64,000 nt of DNA from Bdellovibrionales bacterium (GCA_965261545.1 CBDHDF010000011.1:448001-512000); one strand, 5' to 3'. Positions 10,241 to 21,981 are shown, numbered from the stretch's first letter. Notes: generated from the sequence alone by a model not told the origin. Numbers and translations are program-made.

Positions 10241-11020
10241 GTGGCTCAGTTCAATGATTGGTGCAAGTCTACAAATACGGTCGTTGGCAATCACAGTCTT
10301 TTTCTTCTTACTGGAGAACCCGGCAAACTGGCGACCGGTATCGAGGCAACCGCGGCAGTCGTGCCGGGTCACTATGCAGCTGAAGAACAGATTTCGCACG
10401 TTTTCGCCCGCCTAGATAAGCCGGCTGCAGCAGCGCTGATCCAAGGAAAACTTCCAACCACTAAGAGGATTCGATCCGGCGATCTGGGAGAAATCTACGC
10501 CACTGAATGGATCGATGCACACAGTGGCGGCTACTTCGCACCGGTCAAACGATTGCGCTGGAAGGATCATCGCAATATGTCGATGCGCGGTGACGATGTG
10601 ATTGCGATACACTTGGATCCAGAGTCTCAACGCCTTCGCTTTCTGAAAACAGAGGCTAAGAGCCGAATCAGGTTGAATAACGATGTTCTTGCAAAGGCTC
10701 GGGCCGGACTGGACAAGGATGACGGTCGCCCATCGGCACACACGCTTACCTTTATTTCGGCCCGGCTCTTCGAATTAGGAAACTTACCGCTTGCTAATGC
10801 CATTGACGAAGCGCAGCTAAAACATGGCATTCCAATCCAAAACGTTCGTCATCTTCTGTTTACCTTTTCCGGTAATGACCCAAACGCACTATTGACCACA
10901 TCGTTGCAAGCCTATCAGGGAAGGATCTCGCAATTGGGCGTCGGCCTTAGAGTTGATAGACATGCACAATTCATCGGCGCCGTTTATGAGCAGGTGATCG
11001 CGAATGCCAACAACGCCTGA
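10241..11020 (+). CDS. hamA: Hachiman HamA (DUF1837-like nuclease)
   Basis: RSGDLGEI...RGDD...TEAKS PD-(D/E)xK-like motifs. Overlaps a Ski2-like helicase. Confidence 0.8.
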   Translation: MAQFNDWCKSTNTVVGNHSLFLLTGEPGKLATGIEATAAVVPGHYAAEEQISHVFARLDKPAAAALIQGKLPTTKRIRSGDLGEIYATEWIDAHSGGYFAPVKRLRWKDHRNMSMRGDDVIAIHLDPESQRLRFLKTEAKSRIRLNNDVLAKARAGLDKDDGRPSAHTLTFISARLFELGNLPLANAIDEAQLKHGIPIQNVRHLLFTFSGNDPNALLTTSLQAYQGRISQLGVGLRVDRHAQFIGAVYEQVIANANNA

Positions 11021-14000
11021 AGCAATCGTAGCTAATATCAAGGAAGCAGTAGCCGCTGGATTCCGGGGCCGGCTCATCGCACGCGGTCAAGCGCGTGCGA
11101 TGATCTGGCGAGATGGCGTTCTTCCACCAGATGCACCGGACTTTTCTCCGCAGCTCAGCTACGATCTTCATTCTTACGGCTACGCCCTGCTGGGGCTCGG
11201 TCTGCGTCTCCGTGAAATGGACGGCGAAGCCGCACAGGCGCGTGTTGCCTTCGAGCAGGCAGCAACTGCGCTTGAGTCCGTCGTGGCCAAGGGTAATCGT
11301 GAAGAGGCCGACCGGGACTTCCACTTCGTCATGGCCGCGGCGAGCTATCATCTCGCTCATCTATCGGCGCGTGCATATTCGCTCCTTACCATCGTCGATG
11401 CCGACGACAACTTCTCGCCGGTTGAACGGGTACTAGCGCTCTTGATGCGTCGGGACATGAACGCTTTCCACACCACGGTCTTAGAATACAGGGTCTCAGG
11501 AGTCGGTAGTGATGAGCAGATCGCCAGGTCCATCCAGGCGTATCTGGGTGAACTCGAAGGGGTTGCCGATCAAGCTCGCGATGCGGATGGGTTTTTGTTT
11601 GACAACCTAACCATCGCGTTGACGGACGTGTTCTTTGCCGCCATGGCTCTGTTCTTATTGGCGGTGGAACGTGGCGAACGCCAGCTGCTTGATCGGGCTC
11701 TAGTCCGACTTCGGGAGAGTCTGAGCATATGCGGCGAAATGAACTTGGTGCCCCATTGGTGGGTCCATCGTGTCGCAATCCATCTCCTGTCCGACCTCTG
11801 GTCGAACACTTTCCACGAGAGGTTGCCGTCCGGTGGAGAGGCTGCCGGCTGGCCTCGCATGCGGAAACTGTTCATCACTTCCTTGCTGCGCCGGTCGAAA
11901 GCGGAAGTCGATCTGTGGCCATCACAGATTGCAGCTGCAGTGCGTGCCGTTGACCAATCGGACGACTTAGTCGTGTCCCTGCCAACCAGTGCGGGGAAGA
12001 CTCGCATAGCGGAGCTGTGCATCCTGCGTTGCCTCTCCGCCGGCAAACGCGTGGTCTTCATGACGCCATTGCGGGCGCTGTCTGCCCAGAATGAAACTAC
12101 GCTTCAGCGAACTTTCGGTCCGCTCGGAAAGACCGTCTCCGCTCTCTATGGCAGCATCGGGGTGAGCGGCTTCGATGAGGACGCAATTCGTGAGCGCGAC
12201 ATCGTCGTCGCTACACCGGAAAAGCTTGACTTCGCACTGCGAAATGATCCGTCGCTGCTCGACAATGTGGGCCTTCTTGTATTCGATGAAGGCCACATGA
12301 TCGGGATTAACGAGCGCGAGGTCCACTATGAGACGCAGATCCAGAGGCTCCTAAGGCGTGCAGATGCGCACGAGCGACGTATTGTTTGCCTTTCAGCAAT
12401 TCTCCCTGATGGAGATCAGATGGACGATTTCACTGCTTGGCTTCGGCGCGACCATCCGGGGGGTCCCATTAAGAACGACTGGAGGCCAACGCGATTGCGG
12501 TTTGGTGAAGTGGTCTGGAATTCACCCTTTGCTCGGCTCAATCTTCGTGTCGGCGAAGAGCGTCCTTGGGTCCAGAGATTCCTTACAGGGTCGACTCCGC
12601 CCAACTTCGTACCCCCGAAACGGAGGCGCAAATGCCTCTTTCCGAACGATCAGCGCGAGCTGTGTCTTGCGACGGCGTGGCGGCTCGTCGCTGAAGGACA
12701 GACGGTTCTGATCTACTGCCCGATGCGCAAAAGTGTCGAGCCGTTCGCCAACGTTATCGTCGAGCTGCACGAGCGCGGTGCACTTCGATCGCTTCTGGAG
12801 GTTGATGCGAATGTGCTGAACACAGCGATGGTGCTCGGCGAGGAATGGCTTGGACCGAACAGTGCCATCCTGAAATGCCTCAAATGTGGTGTTGCCCTGC
12901 ATCATGGCGCCTTGCCGACTGCCTATCGCAAGGAGGTCGAGCGCCTTCTTCAAGAGGGTATATTGAAGGTCACGATATCTTCTCCGACCCTTTCTCAAGG
13001 GCTCAATCTCTCGGCAACAGCCTTAGTGATGCACTCGCTGCACCGCAATCGCAAGCGCATCGAGATATCAGAGTTCCGAAATGTTACTGGCCGAGCCGGT
13101 CGAGCCTATGTCGACATGGAGGGAATCGTGCTCTTCCCAATGTTCGACAAGATTGAGCAGAAGCGGCGCGATTGGGAAGCGCTCATCACTGATATGGGTG
13201 CTCGGAAAATGGAGAGTGGACTTGTCCTGCTCGTGATGGAGCTGCTTAGGCGTATGCAGGCCCGCATCGGCGGCGACTCCACTCTGCTTATGGAGTATGT
13301 GGTGAACAACGCCAAGGCGTGGACCTTCCCGGAGTTGGCCACGGAGGCTCCCAAGGATCGCGAGCGCGCGTTTGCAGACTGGGAACGACACGTTGCTACG
13401 CTTGATACCGCCATCCTGAGTCTGATCGGCGAAAATGATATTCCGGATGACGGGATCGAGGCCGTGCTGGATGACGTCCTCCAGTCGTCCTTGTGGCAGC
13501 GTCGGCTGCTCCGCCGAAACGAACAGGTCCAGCAGGTTCTGAGGGCAGGCCTGCTCTCGCGCAGTAAGTTGATCTGGTCACAGTCTTCTGCGGCGCAGCG
13601 GAGAGGCTACTTTCTTGCCGGCGTCGGATTGAAAACGGGCCATGCCCTTGATGCGATCGCGGTAGAGGCGAATTCGCTCCTGGTGAACGCCAATTCTACG
13701 CTCCTTGCCGGTGATACCGAGATGGCGATCAATGCGATTACTAGTCTTGCCGAGCGGGTTTTTGCTTTCTATCCATTCACGCCATATCCTATGCCAGAAA
13801 ACTGGCGGGATTTGCTATGTGACTGGCTTCTTGGTAAACCGCTGGCAGAGCTTGCTTTCGGACAGGAATCGAAAACTCTCCAGTTTGTTGAGGGCGGTCT
13901 CGTTTATCGTCTGCCGTGGGCCATGGAAGCCGTGCGTGTGCGGGCGGCGGCAAACGGCGACGTCATTGGTGAAAATAACTTGGCGCTCGATGACTATGAG

Positions 14001-14513
14001 CTTGGACTCGCAGTTCCTGCCGTCGAAACTGGGACTATGAACCGCTCGGCTTCGGTCTTGATTCAGGCTGGATTCACCTCAAGACTGGCCGCCATCAAGG
14101 CTGTGACCGACACGGGGGCTACGTTCACGACTGGGAGAGAGCTAAAGTCATGGCTCAACTCGGACGCAGTCGCCGCATGGAGTGCGCAGCCCAATTGGCC
14201 CACTGCTGAGACGAAGATGATGTGGACGAATCTGGTGCGAAGCTTCATGCTGCATGACAATCGCACCTGGAACGAACGCCAGTACTGGTCCGGCGTTGCT
14301 TGGTTTGAAGTCGCTCCTCAGCCCGGCACTCCTGTTCAGCTCTACCTACGGAATGGCCAATGGCTCGTATTGGCGGCTGACGGACTTCCCCTGGGCACAC
14401 TCCAAAACACGATCAATCCAGATCGCTGCGGGCTTATCCATGCGACAGTTTCGAGAGAGGCAGGGAAAATCGACTTAGTGTATTTTGGCCCGGACGACCT
14501 GTCGTCGGAGTAA
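11004..14513 (+). CDS. hamB: Hachiman HamB DEAD/DEAH (Ski2-like) helicase
   Basis: LPTSAGKT, TPEK, DEGH, LSA, HHG, TLSQGLN and GRAGR motifs. 1169 aa, directly after hamA. Confidence 0.85.
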   Translation: MPTTPEAIVANIKEAVAAGFRGRLIARGQARAMIWRDGVLPPDAPDFSPQLSYDLHSYGYALLGLGLRLREMDGEAAQARVAFEQAATALESVVAKGNREEADRDFHFVMAAASYHLAHLSARAYSLLTIVDADDNFSPVERVLALLMRRDMNAFHTTVLEYRVSGVGSDEQIARSIQAYLGELEGVADQARDADGFLFDNLTIALTDVFFAAMALFLLAVERGERQLLDRALVRLRESLSICGEMNLVPHWWVHRVAIHLLSDLWSNTFHERLPSGGEAAGWPRMRKLFITSLLRRSKAEVDLWPSQIAAAVRAVDQSDDLVVSLPTSAGKTRIAELCILRCLSAGKRVVFMTPLRALSAQNETTLQRTFGPLGKTVSALYGSIGVSGFDEDAIRERDIVVATPEKLDFALRNDPSLLDNVGLLVFDEGHMIGINEREVHYETQIQRLLRRADAHERRIVCLSAILPDGDQMDDFTAWLRRDHPGGPIKNDWRPTRLRFGEVVWNSPFARLNLRVGEERPWVQRFLTGSTPPNFVPPKRRRKCLFPNDQRELCLATAWRLVAEGQTVLIYCPMRKSVEPFANVIVELHERGALRSLLEVDANVLNTAMVLGEEWLGPNSAILKCLKCGVALHHGALPTAYRKEVERLLQEGILKVTISSPTLSQGLNLSATALVMHSLHRNRKRIEISEFRNVTGRAGRAYVDMEGIVLFPMFDKIEQKRRDWEALITDMGARKMESGLVLLVMELLRRMQARIGGDSTLLMEYVVNNAKAWTFPELATEAPKDRERAFADWERHVATLDTAILSLIGENDIPDDGIEAVLDDVLQSSLWQRRLLRRNEQVQQVLRAGLLSRSKLIWSQSSAAQRRGYFLAGVGLKTGHALDAIAVEANSLLVNANSTLLAGDTEMAINAITSLAERVFAFYPFTPYPMPENWRDLLCDWLLGKPLAELAFGQESKTLQFVEGGLVYRLPWAMEAVRVRAAANGDVIGENNLALDDYELGLAVPAVETGTMNRSASVLIQAGFTSRLAAIKAVTDTGATFTTGRELKSWLNSDAVAAWSAQPNWPTAETKMMWTNLVRSFMLHDNRTWNERQYWSGVAWFEVAPQPGTPVQLYLRNGQWLVLAADGLPLGTLQNTINPDRCGLIHATVSREAGKIDLVYFGPDDLSSE

Positions 14514-14522
14514 TAAGAATTC

Positions 14523-14618
14523 CAGCAATTCCCGCCGAGATTTTTCCGACTTTGCTTTGAGGAAAAATCTGTGAGTGATAGAGGCTTATTTTAAGAATTT
14601 CTAGATTTTAGTCTTTAC
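14523..14618. mobile_element. solo IS/MITE end
   Basis: Starts with CAGCAATTCCCGCCGA and is a diverged reverse complement of 23135-23229. Confidence 0.75.
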
Positions 14619-14650
14619 CCCCGATGGTGGGTTTGATCCGCACATCGGGG
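14619..14650. terminator. hairpin between convergent genes
   Basis: CCCCGATG...CATCGGGG stem between hamB and the STAND gene stop. Confidence 0.5.
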
Positions 14651-14652
14651 AT

Positions 14653-17600
14653 TTACGGAGACTCTTCCTTTGCCATAACTTTAAGGGTATTTTGATACTG
14701 TGATTCAAGCGAGCAGTTCACAGCTTCGGAAGTTGCAAGAATAAGTTTGGCAATAAAACTAGAATCATTTTTTGGTATCATCAGGATTCCCTTAATGGGA
14801 GGCACTGTCTGCTGTGGCTCAGAAAGACGAAATAACTCTTCATCCACTATTCGTTCCCAGCCAGATCTTTGCCAAGCGGCAAGATAGGGTATGAGTAGAG
14901 ACTTAAAAATAGATTTGTTGACCCATTCAAAGAAGCGCAGTCCTGTCATCCAGAAATTACCCGGTGTTATGTGTTCATTTTGAAAAAATTTTTTGATGCG
15001 GTCCAAGATAATTTTCTCTTGTTGTGTGAGTGATTCCGATTCTTCATTCCAATAATCAAATATAAGCTTACCGGGAAGGAACTTTGTAAATTGATCAGTC
15101 AGAGCAGATTCAAGTTTCGTCATTGCATCTGGTTGTTTTGCTAGAACAGATCGAATGCCATAAGCCAGAATAGTATCTTGCGCTAACTGTTCAGCCACAG
15201 GATCAAACGGTACCTTTTTATCTAATGTTGGTATTTGCCCTCTTTTTGGTTTCGATGTGTTGAGAATTGCATGGGATCGATCGGTCTTCTTTAGCATAGA
15301 ATGATAAATAGTAGCTTCGACATACCTTTTTAAGTGGGCTGCAAACCTAATTGCATCAAGTTTGTTGATATCCATTTCCATCGTTCGTGTACGTAAGCCG
15401 GCTTCTAGTACTGGAATAGGGCCTTTAGTCAGTCGATGTTCAAGTGTAGCTGTGATCCCTACATCAAGGTTAGCTGTGACTTCCGTTTCCGCTAACATGT
15501 ACCAAACACAATCAATATGTCCAAGTGGAAGCTTTCCAATTTCAGGTGAAGGGTTGGGGTTGCTGCAAGTCCCAGCTTCCATTATGATTGGTTTCTCATG
15601 AATGAAATTATTTCTCTCAATACGGGGCTTCATCCATAGTACCGTATGTGGAATGACATGATGACAGTATGTTTGCAGTATCGTCTTTGGCTCAATCCCA
15701 TCTAAAGCTTCCATTGCCTCTGCCATGCATGTTAATGCTCGCTTTATCTCCCCTGTCTCAAAAGCAGCGACTCCTGAATCGGCACCAAGACCAATCGCCA
15801 TAATTCTCATATTGTCGGCTTGGGCTAATTTGGCAGCTTTCTGGGCATCGAGGAACCACTCTTCTGCTTGTGACCACTCATTACATTTTGCCGCACTGAT
15901 GGCTGCCTCACGTAATGTAAAAGCACGACTAACAGGACTATTGCTACCAATTTGATTCACGATGCTACGAAAGATTTTAAGAGCAGATTCATGTTCATCA
16001 TTGCGAAAGTAAACTTTGGCTAGGGCACAACTGAGAATTGGATCTTCTCCTTGAGTCTTTACTGCCTCTTCAAGAACGACCAAAGCACCTTCCTTATCGT
16101 TCTGATATTCATTCAACATAACCGCTTGAGCTACAGAACATTGAAGAGAGATGGGGCGGATACTCCAATTTCGTGTTTTCTCAGCCATTCGTTGATAGCT
16201 TATTGTAGCATCCGCTGCATTGAAAGTTTCTCGACGCTGTTCCGTAGACCAAGGACTATTGATGAATTCAAAATAATCGGAGTAATCTTCATTTCTTGGT
16301 TCTAGCAAGAGGGCTCGTTCGCTCTCATTCAGTTTATCAAGTTTGTTGATGATATGTTCAAGCCGACTTACGGATGTAGGGTCGGCACTTCCAGTATTAA
16401 ATAAAAGACTAAAGAAGTTTGATTTAACCACATCAGTAGTATCTTCAGTATTAGTCATAAAATTTTGAGAAAGGTCATCATTAGTCTCAACCATGTTTTT
16501 AAAACGAAGCAGTAGGTCAACCCAATCATCAAAATAGTTCGCAATACCTCTTGTCTTAAGTACAAGAGGTATTGTGATTGACTCAACATTGTATTTTTCC
16601 TTGTTTTCTGGGATGTTACTAATCTCATTAAAAAATGCTGCCAAAATATCGGAAATTTTTTTTCTATCACCCATTGTGGTTTCTAATCGAAATTGTGCAA
16701 GACGAAGCATTGCAGAAACTAAAGAATTTTCAGGGTAGATTGGTTTATCTGTTCGGCGACAACGAAAGATCAAACAATGTTCCGCAAGCATCTCAAGTTT
16801 GATAGGGTCAGCCTGTAATACACTGTGGACGATTGTGATTAGGCTTTGTATTGACTTGCCTGCCATCGCATGGATCATAATTGAGTCCAAATCAATTACA
16901 TTGACCTTACCATCTTTAAGCATCTGGACGGCAATGGTTTCATGGATTTGCTTTTGCTTACTAGATGACAACATCTTACGCCCAAAACTACTTGCAAGTG
17001 GTGAAACCGTGAATATATCTCTACCGACAGCATCGATCCATGACTCAAGCAGCTGATCCATGCATTCACCAGTTTGGTTGACTTGTGGAGGAATCTCGCC
17101 AATGGTTAATGCTAGTGATCGATTGAAATATCCGATTATAAGGCTAAGTCGATAGAGGAGATTTCGCCTTCCTTCGGGAAGCTCAGAAACCAAACTTCGG
17201 CGTGCTGTATCACGTGCTGCATCGGTGTCATCAGATGAAAAACCACGACTGATGATGTTTTCAATTTCTTTAGCTGGCCACCCCCGTTCCGCTATTCCCA
17301 CTACAAAAGCATGTGTAAGTTGAGGATGACCACCATTTCCTACAACATGAGCAAGGTTTCCCCATTTATCATGATCTCCTCTGTAATTACGGACGAGTTC
17401 ATGCACTTCTTTCTTTGAGAAGTATCGGCAATCGACAACACAGTTTTTATTGAGATTAAGATGATTGAGTGCCTTCAAAGAAGGCTTCCGATAACATGTT
17501 ATAAGTACTTGGCGATTACGCCGACGCAAGGCTTCAATGACACCCATTAATGACAAGACAACATTTGTGTCGTCAAGATGGTTCAGGTCTTCTAAAATCA

Positions 17601-18756
17601 GTATCGACGAAGGTAAACCCCCCAAACGGGCAAAAATCTGGTCGAGTCGATGATGAGTTTTGTTCGCCTTAGTGTTCCGCAAGTTCATTATGAAGGACTT
17701 GTCAAACTGTGCTTTGGCGACCGCTCGTGACACGGTGGTTTTACCAAGCCCACTGCCTCCTATTAGTATGCTCACACCAAAATTCTTGAGAGCGTCAGTT
17801 ACTGCAGATTCAACATCACCTCTGGTAATCATCTTCTGTGGAGAAGGAAGTGTGGAGCCATCAATAAAAAGGTTTGTTTCTATTGTAGAAATACTATTGC
17901 TGGGAGTTTGATTTTCAACTAACCTTTTCGTAGAATTTATGAAAAATCGATTCAAAGCCTCCAGATCATTTCGCTTCACTGAAACTCGTGTCGCATTATC
18001 GATTAATTCATAAAGGTCAGCCCGTGTAAGAACACGATCTCTGGGAGTATTAGCAATGCTCTTTTTTAGCACATGGTGAACTAAGCAATCGGAAAGCCGC
18101 CTTGATTCTTTAGATGGTATATCAAATTTGTCGCGACCCACAACAATCAGACGTGCTTCTAGTTCTTGGTGAAGTATTGAGAAATCTGGCTTACCACAAT
18201 CCCAGTGTATTCTCTCAATAAGGTCACGGCGAAGATTTTCATCATTACGATTCTTGGAGAAGGCTCTCACGGATTCTGAGAACTTGTCACTCTCCAATAT
18301 GTTACGCAGAGGTGTAATCTTTGCCTTCCCCGCTGCAACTTTTTTCCAATATTTTAAACCAGCTACCCCTTTTAGGCCAGTAATAGTCTTTTCTGTTCCT
18401 ATCTCTGATGTCGTAAAGAAATGGAGGTTAACTTGAAGGTCAGGATTTTGAGCGACAAGACCAACAAAATTGGCAACCGTATCGCGGATGTTTTTTCTAT
18501 TCAGTGTAACCGATCCAGAGCCTGCTGTGTCTTTAACCTGAACAGCGGAAAGTGCTTGATTTACTAGGACTGCATAGTCTTCAGCAACCTCCAGAAATAT
18601 CTGACCCTTTTCATCAATATCAACCCACGCAAGTGCTGCCGCTAGAATTTGATAGGCATAACCTCGTAAAGAATGGATAGCCTGATGTTTAGCCTCACCC
18701 TTTGGAACGATATCACCACTAATCGTGCCTGCATTAAAAAACTCATCAGCATTCAT
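14653..18756 (-). CDS. Cap4-like nuclease - STAND NTPase - TPR-like protein (Avs/NLR-like candidate)
   Basis: N-terminal GYAYQ...EVAED...VQVK. Walker A GGSGLGKT, Walker B LILEDL, GGHP(QL), long helical-repeat C-terminus. Confidence 0.7.
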   Translation of the reverse strand: MNADEFFNAGTISGDIVPKGEAKHQAIHSLRGYAYQILAAALAWVDIDEKGQIFLEVAEDYAVLVNQALSAVQVKDTAGSGSVTLNRKNIRDTVANFVGLVAQNPDLQVNLHFFTTSEIGTEKTITGLKGVAGLKYWKKVAAGKAKITPLRNILESDKFSESVRAFSKNRNDENLRRDLIERIHWDCGKPDFSILHQELEARLIVVGRDKFDIPSKESRRLSDCLVHHVLKKSIANTPRDRVLTRADLYELIDNATRVSVKRNDLEALNRFFINSTKRLVENQTPSNSISTIETNLFIDGSTLPSPQKMITRGDVESAVTDALKNFGVSILIGGSGLGKTTVSRAVAKAQFDKSFIMNLRNTKANKTHHRLDQIFARLGGLPSSILILEDLNHLDDTNVVLSLMGVIEALRRRNRQVLITCYRKPSLKALNHLNLNKNCVVDCRYFSKKEVHELVRNYRGDHDKWGNLAHVVGNGGHPQLTHAFVVGIAERGWPAKEIENIISRGFSSDDTDAARDTARRSLVSELPEGRRNLLYRLSLIIGYFNRSLALTIGEIPPQVNQTGECMDQLLESWIDAVGRDIFTVSPLASSFGRKMLSSSKQKQIHETIAVQMLKDGKVNVIDLDSIMIHAMAGKSIQSLITIVHSVLQADPIKLEMLAEHCLIFRCRRTDKPIYPENSLVSAMLRLAQFRLETTMGDRKKISDILAAFFNEISNIPENKEKYNVESITIPLVLKTRGIANYFDDWVDLLLRFKNMVETNDDLSQNFMTNTEDTTDVVKSNFFSLLFNTGSADPTSVSRLEHIINKLDKLNESERALLLEPRNEDYSDYFEFINSPWSTEQRRETFNAADATISYQRMAEKTRNWSIRPISLQCSVAQAVMLNEYQNDKEGALVVLEEAVKTQGEDPILSCALAKVYFRNDEHESALKIFRSIVNQIGSNSPVSRAFTLREAAISAAKCNEWSQAEEWFLDAQKAAKLAQADNMRIMAIGLGADSGVAAFETGEIKRALTCMAEAMEALDGIEPKTILQTYCHHVIPHTVLWMKPRIERNNFIHEKPIIMEAGTCSNPNPSPEIGKLPLGHIDCVWYMLAETEVTANLDVGITATLEHRLTKGPIPVLEAGLRTRTMEMDINKLDAIRFAAHLKRYVEATIYHSMLKKTDRSHAILNTSKPKRGQIPTLDKKVPFDPVAEQLAQDTILAYGIRSVLAKQPDAMTKLESALTDQFTKFLPGKLIFDYWNEESESLTQQEKIILDRIKKFFQNEHITPGNFWMTGLRFFEWVNKSIFKSLLIPYLAAWQRSGWERIVDEELFRLSEPQQTVPPIKGILMIPKNDSSFIAKLILATSEAVNCSLESQYQNTLKVMAKEESP

Positions 18757-19117
18757 TCTTAACGAATCTCCTCACTTTCGGGTTAGACTAAAGATACTCT
18801 CAATTTCTAATATTTTCTTAAAGAATATCTTTTTTTCTAACTTCTTTTCAATTTGATTTGGGTTAAAAAGAAGATCAACGAATATGATTGGATGAGATTT
18901 TTTCTCAAAGGAATCAATGTCTTTTTCTGGACATAAACCAAATTTAACTAATTTTTTAATGTCTCCCAAATCTCCTTTTTTTCGTGAGGGCTCTAACTGG
19001 AGTTCCCCAAAGAAGGTGGAGGGTTTTTTAAGCGAATTTTGCTTAATTTTGTAGTTGATCTCATGGGGTGGTTGCCCCCTGGTAACGAAAACTATAGGCC
19101 CCATGCATCATAAACCC

Positions 19118-19519
19118 TAAATCAAAACACAAACCCAAGCTCCAGGGGCATCTTTCTGATTACCAAAAGTCATCTTACCACCCCATGATTCGATGTCCAG
19201 CTTTGCTGTGTAAAGACCTAGGCCGTGGCCACCTTTTTTTCCGTAGGTGAAGCCTTGGGCACCTATGGGGGAGGGCTTGGTCGCTGAAGCCTGGGCCTTC
19301 GTCTGTGATGCATATGGAAATGGAGTTGTCTTGCTTTTTCATATGGATTTTAATCTCGCCTATGTGATTGTTGTGGTCTATCTCACCTATATGGTCTCTG
19401 TGGCCGTGATCTTTGTGGCTGCTATGGTTGTTGTGGCCACTATAACTGCTGTGGCTGTTATGATTTTTGGAGCTTGAGTGGGAGTCCGGATGGGAGGGGC
19501 TCAGGCTCATGGCTTCAAT
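19118..19519 (-). pseudogene. 3' fragment of a histidine kinase, homolog of 28838-29274
   Basis: IEAMSLSPS...ITDEGPGFSD is nearly identical to the element C kinase. 5'-truncated and frameshifted. Confidence 0.85.
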
Positions 19520-19691
19520 TTTAAAATTTCGTTCTGATAGGTCCCCATTATTACCACTCAGCTGCCAATAACGCATTGGTCAGAAATTATTGATGATGAG
19601 GTACTGGCAGATACTATCATCTTTCGAGTCGCTAAGCAGAGCATCTGTGAATTGGTTGTTGGAGTCAAGCCACGAAGAATTTGCTTCGTGG

Positions 19692-19859
19692 CTACCTCTT
19701 GAAAGGTCCATCTCCAATAGTGGCAGCAATACGGTTCATGAGTGTTTTTTGGAATAAATCATATTTGCTTTCTTCCCAAATTATATGATTGTACTGACGT
19801 GTATCAAAGTGAATTTTTTCTAATACATCCTTTCGACAAGTAAATATCACGGGCTTATG
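19692..19859 (-). pseudogene. C-terminal remnant of a nucleoside 2-deoxyribosyltransferase-like protein
   Basis: Manual translation KPVIFTCRKDVLEKIHFDTRQYNHIIWEE...RIAATIGDGPFKR*. N-terminus absent. Confidence 0.5.
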
Positions 19860-20450
19860 ATGAGGTCGGTCACAGACGGCTGAGTACTGCCAATAGCGTT
19901 GGGTTAAGCAATAGATCAGGACATTGAGATGTAAGTAAAAGGTAACCTACTGCTATTTGGTTGGGTATACAATCCTCCTGGAAGTTTTGGAAATAAGGAT
20001 TTGTAGCAATTATTTCCAAGATTGGACTCCCTTCTTTCAACACATGTGGATTGAGGCTTCTATACCAATTAAAAAATATGTTCATTGCCTTAGTGGTTTC
20101 TTCAAACACTAATTGGTAGGTCCTCATTGTAGTAAGGATACGGATTGCACACTCTTCCCTACTAAATTCACAAGTGTCATTATGGTCCTTATCAGCATGC
20201 TTGGGAATAGGAAGGATAAAAGGTCTTTTTTAGAAATTCGCAAGGCATACCAGTAAAAACTGCAGAGGCCAGCAAAGACTCCAATAGGATTTTTGGACTT
20301 AGTTGGTGGTTTGGAGTGGTGTTGGGCAAAGTTTGAGGAGAAGAATGGGGCCAGAAAAATATGTTGTTTTATGGTGTTGAGACGTACCTCTCCATGGACA
20401 TAGAGGGAGCAGATGATACAGCTCTATGCGTCATTTAGGGTAGTCAGAAG

Positions 20451-21951
20451 TTAAGAAAATGAATCGAAGCTCTCACTTTGTGGTGGGCCTCTAGGAGGCC
20501 ATAGGCTTGGAGGTTGTGAGGTGATGCCGAGATGAGTAAGAATTTTTTCAATGACCTGAGGGTCTTCAATGGAAGAAATGACTTTTATTTTTCCACCACA
20601 CTCATGGCAAGTTTCAATGTCTATATCAAAGACCCTTCTGAGCCTTTGAGCCCAGGTCATTCCTGAAGATTTTTTCTTGTTTGGCCTTGGCTCTGAATCT
20701 TCTAAATCTAAGGTTTCTTCCCTTGAGTTTTCATCGATGGAGGCTTCGATTTGGGGTTGAGGGACGATTGAGGATCGATATTTAAAGTTGGGTGCGAAAA
20801 CTCCGTGGAATCTTGTGAGATTCACTCGTGGTCGAGGGATGAGGGAGGCAAGACGGCTAAGGAAATCAAGGGGGTCCAGAACGATATGAGTGGTTCCATT
20901 GTCATAGGCGGTTTTGAGTTTATAGACGACTTGGCCCCTGGCATTTAATGAAAGCCTTTCTTCACTGAGACTGGGTCTTGAAATATACCGGCATACCCTC
21001 TCTCGCTTTTTTCTCTCATGGGCTCTACATGCGACTCCTCCATGGAGGCTAAAGCTAGAATATTTGGCAAGAAATTCACTGTTAAAATCTTTACCTCTTG
21101 GTGATACAGTGTGAAGAGTCAGTGCTTTTTTCCCTTTGTGGGGACCGAGAGCTATTCTGTAGGTGACTGATGATCCGTGGACTTGGTCCATACTGTCAGA
21201 GGCTTCCATAGCCAGATACTCTTGCCCTGTTTCATCCCTTAAGATGAGTCCCTTTTTTTCTAGGTGCTTGACCACTCTATGAGCTATGCTCACCAAGACG
21301 TGATCCATTTCACTTTGGGTGGGCGAGGTTACGGGATGAAAATGAGGTTTGCCTTCGGGGAATGTGTACACTCCATCCAAATACATCATATGGAAATGAA
21401 TATTGAGGTTGATGCTTCCTCCAAAGCGTTGAATGAAGGTGACAGAGCCTGTCTTGGCTCCTGATTTTTTGGTGAGGCCAGCTTTTGATCAGGTAGGTGG
21501 AAATGGCTCGATGAACGATGGCTAAGACCTCTCCCATGACCTTTGGATTTTTGGCAAAAAGGAATCTTATTTGAAAAGGAAAGCTAAGGACCCATTGTCG
21601 TAGGGGTTTTTGGGGAAAAACTTCATCAACTAAGTGGGCTGCACTTTCAGCCATTCTTCTTGAGCCGCAGCTTGGGCAGAAGCCTCGACGCTTGCAGCTA
21701 AAGGCCACAAGCCTTTCATGGTGGCAAGATTCGCACTGGGTTCTCAAGAAACCATGGGCAAGAATTCCACACTTGAGAAACTCGAATTCTTTTTTAACGA
21801 ACTGGGGAAGACCATTTTCATGCTCATTTTCTATGTGCCGGTAGAAAGTGAGTAGATTTTCTTGAACCAATTTGTAAAGAAGAGTCTTTTCAGGGCGGTG
21901 TCGTTGATATTTGGGAGCGTTGTTAAAGACATGGGGATCAACAAGGGCCAT
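20451..21951 (-). pseudogene. IS91-family transposase, frameshifted near 21485
   Basis: N-terminal half has SCKRRGFCPSCG and RQWVLSFP. The other frame has the HUH motif HFH, RYISRP and RFHGVFAP. Confidence 0.85.
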
Positions 21952-21966
21952 GGCCTTTGTTGGAAG

Positions 21967-21981
21967 GCAAGTTCAATGCCA
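21967..21981 (-). promoter_or_regulatory. sigma54 -24/-12 motif upstream of the IS91 transposase
   Basis: TGGCATTGAACTTGC on the minus strand (GG-N10-GC). Confidence 0.5.

Noticed and set aside
10172..14478. Many overlapping and antisense ORFs within hamAB
   Set aside because: Expected shadow ORFs in GC-rich coding DNA, with no motifs.
18772..19104. 110-aa ORF (and 19870-20127) as functional genes
   Set aside because: They lie among gene fragments in the decayed part of element B and show no recognisable domain.
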